A stretch of 64,000 bases of DNA from Cetorhinus maximus (lineage: Eukaryota): assembly GCF_964194155.1 (NCBI RefSeq), contig NC_135895.1, forward strand, positions 51,460,001 through 51,524,000, written 5' to 3'. Under the pieces are notes generated by a model. That model was not told the origin of the DNA. It worked only from the letters and a program-made list of their open reading frames with translations, and ran no database searches. The translations under genes and the position numbers were made by a program. Positions 36,758 through 47,829 of the stretch are shown here, one piece after another; position 1 is the first letter of the stretch, and the number at the start of each line of letters is the position of its first letter.

Positions 36758-37159
36758 CAGTAATGAATAAAACATGCATTTCTGAGGTAAAAAATTGAGG
36801 CTGAATCCTATTGTGACTATAGCATTTCTTAGCAGAAAAGGGGGGGTCGACTTATATGCCAATTAAGTATAGGTCTAAACATGCATTTTGGCACCAAAAA
36901 AATTGTGTTGTCTTATACGCCAGGTCTACTTATACGTCACAATCTGTGGTCTACTTCCAAGTCGGGGAACCTAACAGAGGCACCCAAATCAGTGAAAGAA
37001 GCTTTGGATGGAAGAAAGTAGAAAAGATGAGCACAAAATTTCAATGTCACCCATCTTCAAACATTGGAAACAAGGGAAACAATGGATACTCAAAATTTTC
37101 TGTGTATGGGGTGAGGGGAAGAGCAGTCGGGCAGTGCAAAATATCCTATTGGTTTCATA

Positions 37160-37660
37160 GGCTGCAATTTTCCATTCTGGGCCTAAGTCCTGTGGCGGGG
37201 GCGGGAACCAGGAGTCTTCCCCACTGTGGAGCCCAGTGGGATTCACGCCGAATTGCGTGATGCTGGGCTTATTAATTATGCAGTCAGGGGTTTCCCGACA
37301 TATTGTGCAGCAGGGCAGGATGGATCACGTGCCCCGCTGTCATATCTGGTGCCATATTTAAAAGGCCCCTGACATCAGCTTCTTTGTCACAAACCCACTG
37401 CTGAAGGAGGAGACTGCCTGACAATCCCAGGGAGCTCTGGCCCCCAGATTCAGTGATGCTTCCCTCGATGTGCTGCTCAATGCAGTGGAGGCCTGGGGGG
37501 CTGTTCTGTACCCCAGCGATGGAAGGAGGAGGCCGAGCCATGTGACCAAAACTGCATAGGAGGAAATGGCCAGGGTGGTCAGTGCCCACGGCCTCCGCCG
37601 GATGACTGACCTGCAGTGTAGGAAATGGATGATTAACCTCATCCACGCCTCAAGGTAAGT
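37160..37660 (+). mobile_element. Left end of a Harbinger element with Myb/SANT-like exon (37440-37654)
   Basis: TIR-like GGCTGCAATTTTCC, TATTTAAA at ~37355, then APRFSDASLDVLLNAV...TA*EEMARVVSA..RRMTDLQCRKWMINLI and a GTAAGT donor at 37655. TAG at 37557 replaces the conserved Trp. Confidence 0.8.
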
Positions 37661-38315
37661 GAACACTCACCTCACTGAATGGTACAGGGGGTGCGGGCCT
37701 CAGTGGCAAGGGCACCATCCGTGCACCCCATGCATAAAAGAGGTCCTCAATGTGATAAGGTGATGCCTCATAGACCCACTGCAGTCCATCTATCTGCAGA
37801 TGGAAAGGCCGCTGTGGGTCCCTGACCCTTCCACACAGACAGCTCAGATACTGTCTGCATGGTGGGGAGGGGAAAGGAGTTAGGCATTGAGGGCACCAGC
37901 AAGCAACACTAATGATATATCTCTATGAGCCTTATCCTTCTTTCTGCATGGGCTCACTGCTCTGGACACAACCTTGTGCACAACCTGCATGGCGCACAAT
38001 CCATTTGGTATTTTGTAAGACTGGGAGAATGAGAAAGACACATAGTACTGACAGGCAGGAGGCTATGGTGCAGTGACGCAGTGGTATTTTCACTGGATTA
38101 GTAATCCAGAAACCCAGGATAATGCTCTGGGGAGCCAGGTTTGAATCCCACCACGGCAGATGGTGGAATTTGAAATCAATAAAAATCTGTTGATAATCTG
38201 TACATGATTGTTGTAAAAACCCATCTAGTTCACTAATGCTCTTTAGGGAAGGAATTTGCTGACCTTAGCTGGTCTAACCTACATGTGACTCTGATATAGC
38301 CTAGCAAGCCACTCT

Positions 38316-38654
38316 GGGGAGCTGGTGGTGGCAGAGTGGTATTGTCACTGACTAACGTTAGACTAGTGACCCGGACAATGCTCTGGTGAGCCGGGTTCGA
38401 ATCCCACCATGGCAGATGGTGGAATTTGAATTCAATGAAAACCTGGAATTTCATGATGACCATGAAACCATTGCCAATTGTTGTAAAAACACATCTGGTT
38501 CACTAATGCCCTTTAGGGAAGGAAATCCACTGTCCTTACCTTGTCTGGCCTACATGTGAATCCAGACCAGGCCCTGAACAAGGGCAAATTAGGGATGGGC
38601 AATAAATATGGACCTAGCCAATGGCACACACATCCAATGAATGAATCAAAAAAA
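38316..38654 (+). mobile_element. tRNA-derived SINE (same family as 20919-21283)
   Basis: A box TGGCAGAGTGGT (38329), B box GGTTCGAATCC (38394), LINE-A 3' tail from ~38580, A-rich end. Confidence 0.85.
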
Positions 38655-38838
38655 GAGTTGGATCAAACTGCTGCAAAGTCTAAAAGGAGTGTTACTGGAA
38701 ATGACAATGGCAAAACCCAGCCCTGTGAACCCTGCAAGTTTACCAACATCTGGGGGCTTATACCAAAATCAGGAGAGCTGTCTCTGGACATTCCCTGAAT
38801 CACAGTGTTCAGCCAATTTGATTTACTCCATGTGATAT

Positions 38839-41018
38839 TGTTATGAACTAGAGATAGTTAAAATAAGTTACATTTGTATTTGTGGGTGTTATGAAGAAGC
38901 TTTAAGTTAAGTTTAATTTGTATTTATGCATGTTAAGAAAGGTGGAACTTGAGTTTTGGTTTCACTTTAAAAGATGCCTGCATTCTAATGAGGTTTTATG
39001 GCTCTTAAAGGGAAGTTAAAGCAAACACAAGGTAGAAAAAACTGTGCTGTCGCCTAACAACCGGGGTCCAGAGAGAGGGACCCACAGGGACAGAGAAAAA
39101 GAGAAAGATAGTTTCAGTTCAGTTGAAAGCAGTTGCCAGGAGAAGCAGCATAGGAGAGGGACAGATAGCATATCCCAAACTAAAGAAGAAGCCAAAACCA
39201 GGGAGTGGAACAGGAGAAAGGTCCCAAGAAGACCTTCTAGTCAAAGGAAGAACTGGAATTTGGAAAAGGTTCTGTTCAGTGGAAGTGAAAGCAAGGAGCA
39301 GAGAGGAAGGCTCCAAGCTTAAAGGGAAAATGCTGCAGGATGCGGACTAAAAGCAAAACATGTTTGCGAGAGAGAGTGCATGGAAGGCAAAGCCTGAATG
39401 CACGCGGTAATCCGGGGAGAGGAGCATCGGAAGGAGAGTTCAAAATCCTGGAGGTGGACCATTATGGGAGGGATCCGAGCGAAAACGTTGTTTGGGAGAA
39501 GATTCCAAAGCAGATTCTTAGAGAGTGAAGATTGGAAACCCTCATGTGAAAGATGGAGTTCAATGAGACTAGATAGTTCATGGTGTGACAAGCGTCTGGG
39601 GGGAGTTGATGAGGGATCCATAGTATCTATTTAGGGTCACATCTGTTACTTGGTTTCAGAGTGTGTTGTGTCTGAACACAGGTTGCCTATTAGTTTGCAC
39701 GGACTGTGTACTTACTGTGAACATGAGAGTATAAGATAGCTTTTGTCATAGAGTCATAGAGGTCTACAGTGCAGAAAAAGACCCTTCGGCCCATCAAGTC
39801 TGCGCCAGTCAAACAAGTACCTAACTATTCTAATCCCATTTTCCAGCACTAGGCCCATAGCCATGTATGCCATGGCATCACAAGTGCACATCCAAATACT
39901 TCTTAAATGTTATGAGGGTATCTGCCTCTACCACCCTTTCAGGCAGTGAGTTCCAGATTCCCACCACCCTCTGGGTGAAAAAATTCTTCCTCACATCCCC
40001 TCTAAACCTCCTGCCCTTACCTTAAATCTATGCCCCCTGGTTATTGATCCCTCCGCCAAGGGGAAAAGTTCCTTCCTGTCTACCCTATCTATGCCTCTCA
40101 TAATTTTATACCCCTCAATCATTTCCCCCCCAATCTCCTCTGCTCCAAGGAAAATAACCTCAGTCTATCCAATCTCTCCTCGTAATTAAAACTCTCCAGC
40201 CCAGGCAACATCCTGGTAAATCTCCTCTGCACTCTCTCAAGTGCAATCCCATCTTTCCTATAAAGCAGATTCCAGAACTGCACGCAATACTCTAGCTGTA
40301 GCCTAACCAACGTTTTATACAGTTCCAGCATAACCACCCTGCTCTTATATTCTATGCCTCGGCTAATGAAGGCAAGTATCCCATATGCGTTCTTAATCAC
40401 CTTATCTACCTGTTCCGCTACCTTGAGGGACTGGTGGGACATGCACACCAAAATCCCTCTGATCCTCGGTACTTCCCAGGGTCCTACCATTCATCGTGTA
40501 TTCCCATGCCTTGTTTGTCCTGCCCAAGTGCATCACCTCACACTTATCCAGATTAAATTCTATTTGCCACTGATCAGCCCATCTGACCAGCCCGTCTATA
40601 TCCTCCTTTAATCTAAGGCTATCCTCCTCACCATTTACCACCCCACCAATTTTCATGTCATCCGCGAACTTACTGATCAACCCTCCTACATTCAAGTCTA
40701 AATCGTTTATATATACCACAAACAGCAAGGGACCCAACACCGATGCCTGTGGAACCCCACTCTAACTTGTGTTATTCTTATGAATATGTATATACCTGTA
40801 AAGGTATAGTTCTGGGTGAAGGAGTATTGTAATATAGTTCATCTTTTCTTAATAACTGTTTTATTCTTTTGTTAAAAGTTCATCAGCTGACTCCTGTGAC
40901 TCTGTTCAGTAGCTGCCCTCTATGTTTCTAAACAAAAAATAAAAGTTATGATCTATCAAGCTGGGTTCTACTCTGGGATCTGACTTGTCCAGTAGTAACA
41001 TCAGTTGGGATCATAACC
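38839..41018 (+). mobile_element. Solo LTR (~1.16 kb after removing the nested CR1)
   Basis: Termini TGTTATGA...TCATAAC(C), imperfect 4-bp TSD ATAT/AGAT. It splits the LINE-A sequence gtgatat|caagaaacgg, which is contiguous in the other copies. No coding remnants. Confidence 0.75.
39747..40762 (-). mobile_element. CR1 LINE, 5'-truncated
   Basis: Reads LGPLLFVVYINDLD...ISKFADD...LEYCVQFW...RRFTRMLPG, with a (catagagt)2 tail at 39747. Confidence 0.93.
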
Positions 41019-43599
41019 AGATCAAGAAACGGCTAAAGGCACTGGATACTGCAAAGGCTATGGGCTGTGACAATATTCCAGCAATTGTCCTGAAGACTGG
41101 TGCTCCAGGACTTGCCGCGCCCCTAGCCAAGCTGTTTCAGTACAGCTACAACACTGGCATCTACCCGGCTATGTGGAAAATTGCCCTGGGATGTCCTGTA
41201 CACAAAAAGCAAATCCAACCTGGTCAATTACCACCCCATCAGTCCACTCTCGATCATCAGTAAAGTAATAGAAGGGGGTCATCAACAGTGCTATCAAGCT
41301 GCACTTGCTTAGCAATAACCTGCTCACTGATGTTCAGTTTGGGTTCCGCCATGCCAGTCAGCTCCTGACCTCATTATAGCCTTGGTTCAAGCATGGACAA
41401 AAGAGCTAAACTCTGAGTTGAGGTGAGAGTGACTGCCCTTGACATCAAGCCTGCATTTGATTGAGTGTGGCATCAAGGAGCCCTAGCAAAACTGGGGTCA
41501 ATGGGAATCAGGGGAAAATTCTCCACTGATTGGAGTCATACCTAGCACAAAGGAAGATGGTTTTGGTTGTTGGAGGTCAGTCATCTCAGTCCTGGGACAT
41601 TGCTGCAGGTGTTCCTCAGGATAATGCCCAAGGCCCAACCTTCTTCAGCTGCTTCTTCAATGACCTTCCTTCCATCATAAGGTTAGAAGTGCGGATATTC
41701 ACTGATGATTGCACAATGTTCAGCACCATTCACGACTCCTCAGTTACTGGAGCAGTCCATGTCCAAATGCAGCAAGACCTGGATAATATCCATGCTTGGG
41801 CTGACAAATGGCAAGTAACATTTGCACCACACAAGTGCCAGGCAATGACCATCTCCAATAACCATTGCCCCTTGGCACTCAATGACATTACCATCGCTGA
41901 ATCCCCCACTATCAACAACCTGGGGGTTACCACTGACCGGAAACTGAACTGAACTAGCCATATAAATACAGTGGCTACAAGAATAGGTTGGAGAGTAGGA
42001 ATCCTGCAGCGAGTAACTTACCTTCTGACGCCCCAAAGCCTGTCCACCATCTACAAGGCACACGTCAGTACTGTGATGGAATACTCTCCATTTGTCTGGA
42101 TGGGTGCAACTCCAACAAAACTGAAGAAGCTTGACACCATCCAGGACAAAGCAGCCCACTTGATTGGCACCCCATCCACAAACATTCACTCCCTCCACTA
42201 CCGACGCACAGTGGCAACAGTGTGTACCAACTACAAGATACATTGCTGGAATTCACCAAGGCTCCTTAGACAGCACCTTCCAAACCCATGACCACTACCA
42301 TCTAGAAGGACATGGACAGCAGACACATGGGAATACCACCACCTGGAAGTTCCCCTCCAAGTCACTCACCATCTTGACTTGGAAATATATCGCTGTTCCT
42401 TCACTGTCGCTGGGTCAAAATCCTGGAACTCCCTCTCTAACAGCACTGTGGGTCTATCTAAACCACAGGGCCTGCAGCGGTTCAAGAAGGCAGCTCACCG
42501 CCACCTTATGACAGGCAAGTAGGGATTGGCAATAAATTCTGGCCTAGCCAGCGACACTCACATCCCATGAATAAATAAACAAAAAACTACGTGCCACTCC
42601 ATCCACCCCCGATGACCCAACTCCCATTCAGCATCTCGAGATCTCCACCTCAAGGCTCTGAATAGTTGCAAGCGGCCATGGTGCGTGTGACTTTCCTGAT
42701 GGAGTCCAACGCCTTCCAACCTCCCTCCATGACCCATAGCCTCCCCCAACACAATAACCATCGACCCTCCTGGTGTGACCTTTGACCTCCCCACAGTCAC
42801 CCTACAACCCTCCTCCATCACCCTCCACCCCGTGCAGGTAAATGTCCACATCCCCAACCTTCCCGAGGAGCCAACCCCATGACAATAGACATGCCTCCCC
42901 TTATCCTGCTGACCCCCAGAATCCAGTTTTATTTCCATGTCCCCTCCAAGAATCCTCAATGTTCCTTCACCTGTCATTGCAGGACCCTCACCTTCCCATC
43001 CTACCAACTCCATCTGCCCCATTTAACCCTCGCCATACCTTCCTATCACCAATAACCTCAGTTTGCTCCCCCACGACTCATCAGTTGACACCACAGACCC
43101 ATCCCTCTGAACCCCTTTCCCCTCTTCCCCCCTATGCCCATTCACACCTGCACACCTCTCCCCATGCCCACTCACACCTGCATATCCCCTCCGCGCCAAT
43201 TCACACCTGCAAACATCCCTCCCTGCCTGAACTCCACCATGGGCTTTCCCACCCTCCCACCCCACCTCACCCACTCCACAACCTCCGCAGCATCTCTCTC
43301 CTTCCTACACCCACAACCTCCCCCGCCTCTCTCTAGGCATCCTAATCTTAACCCACACCCACCCAACCTCTTCATTCCTCTCCACCCTGTCTAATCTCAC
43401 CATCCCACCCGCCAAGAATAGGCCATTACCACCCAACAGTACCTTATGCAGCCAACAACCTGCAACGTGAAGAACCGTGTCCTGGAAGCTCTCGCAGAGC
43501 AAAGATCCACATTCTGGGAACTCTTGCAGGATGAAGATCCACATTGTGATGCTCCTGCAGACTGAAGATCCATAACCTGTAAGCACCTTCAGCACGAAG

Positions 43600-44057
43600 A
43601 TCCAAGTCTTGGAAGCTCCTCAGTGTTATGATCTACATGGTAGATGCTCCACCCATCCACTTCTACACATGGTGTTCCAGGGTCTGCAGTCACTGGAGGC
43701 CTCCATCTCCGATCTTGGCAAGTTGCCCAGGCCTTCTTCCAGGTCAGTACTGATGTGTCCACACCATCTTTGTCCAGCGTGATATTCCGCTGGCAGCACA
43801 GATATTTGGACAGGGAGGGACAATTCCAGTTGGGGCTTCATCTGTATTCCATTGAAGCAAACTGCTTCAGTCCAGCCTCTAGAATGGCATGTGGGAACGC
43901 ACATTCCTGCCATCATTTCACACAGACAGGAAATCGATTTTTTAGCTTCTGCTGCATTGTCCACCGCCCCCCCCACCCCACCACCACCACCCCCCCGCCC
44001 CACAACTCCCCCGCCCACCATTACACCAACTGCTGTTGGGACCGGAAAATCCCGGTC
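43600..44057 (-). mobile_element. Harbinger-type element end, homologous to 15393-15900
   Basis: The reverse complement matches the 15393 element (e.g. LEEGLGNLPRS / PWNTMCRSGWVE blocks). Terminus GGAAAATCCCGGTC. The C-rich stretch 42600-43450 may belong to it. Confidence 0.65.
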
Positions 44058-45189
44058 ATAGTCTACCAGGCTTTCAAAGTATGTCCAGCACTAGCCAGGA
44101 CCAGTTTTTAAAGCTCTTCTGTAGCTTGAATGGAAGTTTCTTCAGGCTCCAAATATTGAAGTGATTCAGTCCTAGAAGTCTCAGTTGATGCTGGCACTGG
44201 GTGTGCTTAATTATCCCATTCTAACTTAACCCTGATGAATTGCAAGTGTAATATCTAGGATGCCAGGCCCAGCGCTTACCTAGATGTAAAGTAGCTGTTT
44301 ACAGTATTATGGGGAAGCCTCAGGCTTGATCATCACTTCCATTACAGTGAGGCAGCCTAGTAGAAACAGATCCCACCCTAGAATCCATTACTTTAAGCAC
44401 TGTTGCATTATCATAGCACTTCATGCCGATAAAAAGAAGTAGTTTGAGTCCATGTTTTATACATTCTGTCATGCATGGTAATTGGTCTTTTTACACCAAA
44501 TATGTACGTGACACTTTCAATGAAAGGTCTATCATGGCTGTGACTTGCAATCAATTATTTTATGATAGATTGTTGCCTTATTCTAAGAATGTTATACCAG
44601 AGTTACCTAGATCAGAAAAGTCAATTATATGTAGAAAGAGTAAAGGGGAGATTTTTGTAATGAGGATTTGTTTGCTATTCCTGTATGGCTTCAAAGAAGA
44701 AGGTTGAAGATTCCAAGAAATGACTCCTGGGATGGCAGAAGAGCCTGTGATTTGTTGGTCTTGGGAGACGAACCAAGAATCTTTTGAGATCTCTCAGAAT
44801 TGCATTTATGAGGCACATGGAAGGTGACTTTATTATTAGCTTCAGGCATTTTGAAAGCTGCTAAAGTGCATTTGGCATCATGTTCCAATTAGAGAATTAA
44901 CCCATTAATATACAGTATAATGAGTCCTGCTCACAGAAATTCAGCCAGCATTATTGGAACAACAGCAGACCCATAAACTGGCCTTCAGCGGACCCATAAA
45001 GTGGGAAAGAGGTCAGTACTAACTATTTAAATTCATTATATAGTATCTGTTGTATCGGTCACACAACTTCAATCAGTGTTGAGTGATCAGTAATTACTGT
45101 AACCTGATTATTAGCAGTCTAGGCTCCATTAAAACTGACCTCTAATAGGAATTTACATCTGCAGTAAATCTAGCCTCTTAATGCAAGGT

Positions 45190-46100
45190 GAGTGACAAAT
45201 GAAACCCTACCTGATCCCCTTGCTAGCTGACATTGTGCATCCTCCCCTTTCCTCAGGTACTGACCCTCTCACTTTCAAAACCATTGCTTTCATACAACTC
45301 CTCAAAAGGTTCATCCTGCATCCCTATCCCTTTTCCCCTACCATCACAGTTCCAACCTCCCTTTTCCATCCAAACTTCCTCAATGTGTTGTCACCTCCCA
45401 GATCCATGCCCACCTTTCCTGCAACTCATATTTGAGTTTTTATTAGGTTTTCATCTGTGTCACAGCATCGAAATGGCCTTAAGCAAAGTCACAATAGCAA
45501 TTCTGGTGCGCTATCCCTCCTCTCCCACCTTGATCTCTCTGCAACCTTTGACATCGTTGACCACATCATCCTTCTCCAGTGCTTTTCTTCCATTATCCAG
45601 CTCAGTAGTTCCACTATACCTATCCAATCGTAGCCAAAGCAGTTCCAAAATTTGCTTTCCTCCCCTTTCTCTGTAATCCATTAAGGATCTATTTTTGGCT
45701 GCCTTCTCTCCCTCATACATGCTGCCTCTTGGTGACATCATCTGCAGACATAAGGTTAGCTTTCACATGTATACTGACAACAGTCAGCTCTACTTCTCCA
45801 CCATTTTCCTCTACATCTGTTGCTTCGTCATTGTCACAATGCTCATCTGATATCCGGTCTTGGATGAGCCATAATTTCCTGCAGTTAAACAGTGGGAACA
45901 CAAAAGCCAGTGTCATTAGGCTCCTGCCATAATCTCTGTAGCTGTATCACTGACTTTATCTCTTTCCCCAGTCATTGTCTAATGCTCAACCAGGCTGTTT
46001 GCAATCTTGGTGCCCTTCTAAAACCCTAAACTTAACTTCCAGCCCCATTTGGTCTCATCACAAAGACTGCCTACTTACACTTTTGTAGCACCTTAGCCCA
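45190..46100 (+). mobile_element. L2 LINE RT remnant
   Basis: Reads GFHLCHSIEMALSKVT, LDLSATFD-like, GSIFG..YMLPLGDII..FHMYTD and DIRSWMSHNFLQLNSGNT. Confidence 0.8.
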
Positions 46101-46168
46101 TCAACTTGTGAATAAAGTAGAAACGTTCAGGAAAGGGGATGTCTATCTTAGCTATTCACGCATCCTAT

Positions 46169-47829
46169 GGCCCAGGTTTTTGCTAAAGTAGGTGAAATGG
46201 CTTATAATTCTAAACCCTGCCCCAAACACAGCGAATCCCAATTTCACAGAAGCGGAGTGTGTTTTGCACATGTGCGTTTAACAGAGGGAGCTGGCCATTT
46301 AAATTGTCAGCTGCCTCCACTCAAGTGGGATTTTGGTAGCCTTGGAAGTTAAAGCCCAAAGTGTGCAGATCAGACATGGTAAGAGCAGGTCTAAGCTTTG
46401 TGGATTCACTTGGATAGCAAGGATGCCCCTTTGGAGAGATAAGGTACCCCTTTGGATCTGGTCCCGAGACATCTTTGGGAAGATAATTCATGGAGGTCAG
46501 ATGCCCCTTGGATTTGTTAAACATAGATATAAATGTGCATAAAAAGGCATAAACTCATTAACTGTTAAGGTCACTGGAACTGTCAACAGACTTGTCAAAA
46601 TCAACTATCAAAACTGTCAGAAGCACCTGTCAAAGGGAGCTGTCAGGGCATTAAAAAGCCCTGCCCTTTAAATCTTTGAAAAAACATGTCTGGAGTGTTA
46701 AAAAAAAGATTGTTTGCCATTTCACTCTGTTTGTTGACATAAACCAAAGGATTTCAACTGCTGGATTAGTGCTGCATGACTAATTTCACAACCAACAACT
46801 TATCACAGTAGCTGCCTGCTATTTCACAGTTTGGTTGACTGCTACAAGTGATTATAAACTCTTTGCTGTGGGACTATGAATTCCATTGCTTGTTGTTATA
46901 AGGGATTGGGTGCTTGAATAAAATATTTGTTGTTAAACAGCTTTAATTAGTTGAAGGGTGTTAAATGTAGTAAATGGGTTTTTACGGATGAGTGTGCTTT
47001 TTTCAAATTAGTGAAGTCTGCAATAGGCACTGAGAACTTTATTTTATAGAACTTTATTTAATCACATCTCTGCATGAGTCCTGAGGACTGCCCATGGTGG
47101 ATACTAGGTGAGTCGGCATAGTAGGTGTAAGGGCAAAGGGTAGTGGGTGGAAGAATGGGTTGGCATGAGTTGACACTAAGTTGGCATAGGGGCTATAAAG
47201 GGCCACGGAGGTGGGTAGAGGGGTATAGGTTGGCATGGGGACCATAAGGTGCCATGGGACTTTGTGGAGGGGCTTTGGTTGGCATAGGGGCTATAAAGAG
47301 CCATGGAGGTGGGTGGAAGGATATAAGTTGGCATAGGGGCTATAAGGGGCTATGGGGGTTGGTGAAGGTGCTAGGTTGGCCTGGGTGGTATAAAGAGCTA
47401 TGGGGGCGGATGAAGTGGCAAAAGTTGGCATGGAGGGTATAGGGACCATGAGGGGTGGGAGGAGCATGAAGTAGCATGGAGGGTATGAGGAGCTATGGGG
47501 GTGGGTGGGTGGGGCCATGAGGTGGCACGGGTTGGCACGGATGGGGCATGGGGAGTGGGGGGAGGTGAGGGGGTGAGGACTAGTGGGATGTTTCATGTTT
47601 TATTCCTTATTTCTAAACTTTGCACACAGTGCCGGAGCCCTGAGACAGACCTTCCTCCCGGCACAGCATCTTCCTCACTATTTCCGGGTCACCAGCCCCG
47701 ACTTCTAATCCAGTCAACCCCCCCAGACCTGAAATTTGATACCTGGGCAGCCATTTTTTAAGGTCAGGTTCATGGAGCCAGGAATTCTCCTGTCTCTGTG
47801 TACCTGACCCGGGAGCCAAAGTCTGGGCC
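46169..47829. mobile_element. 1.66-kb TIR-bounded non-coding element (probably Harbinger-related) with an internal G-rich degenerate minisatellite
   Basis: GGCCCAGGTTTTTGCT at the left end and AGCCAAAGTCTGGGCC at the right, flanks TAT/TTT. Repeated gttggcatagggg-ctataa-gggccatgg units at 47090-47580. Confidence 0.5.

Larger units (their letters stand above)
38057..42585 (+). mobile_element. LINE-A copy with tRNA head, internally deleted and interrupted by a SINE, a solo LTR and a CR1
   Basis: Head at 38057-38315 (A box 38074, B box 38138) resumes at 38655 into TNIWGLIPKSGEL (endonuclease motif I). It jumps to the pre-RT region at ~38790, resumes at 41019 with RT, and ends in the tail at ~42585. 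Confidence 0.85.

Noticed and set aside
36767-36945. Tc2/pogo-like DNA transposon end (repeated aaacatgcattt...cttatacgcc motifs)
   Set aside because: Only a short one-sided resemblance, with no partner TIR found.
37440-37654. Domesticated MSANTD/NAIF1-like host gene
   Set aside because: There is an in-frame TAG at the conserved Trp and the exon sits directly inside a TIR-bearing transposon end.
36016-38410. tRNA genes at the A/B-box motifs (36016-36093, 38057-38150, 38316-38410; also ~21200 and ~26750)
   Set aside because: They are SINE/LINE heads: box spacing is irregular, no clean cloverleaf is evident, and they continue into repeat bodies.
42558-43394. Pro/His-rich and Gly-rich ORFs
   Set aside because: They arise from C-rich low-complexity sequence, with ORFs on both strands and no domain signal.
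47054-47761. Overlapping Gly/Trp- or Pro-rich ORFs
   Set aside because: They derive from a degenerate G-rich minisatellite inside a TIR-bounded element.
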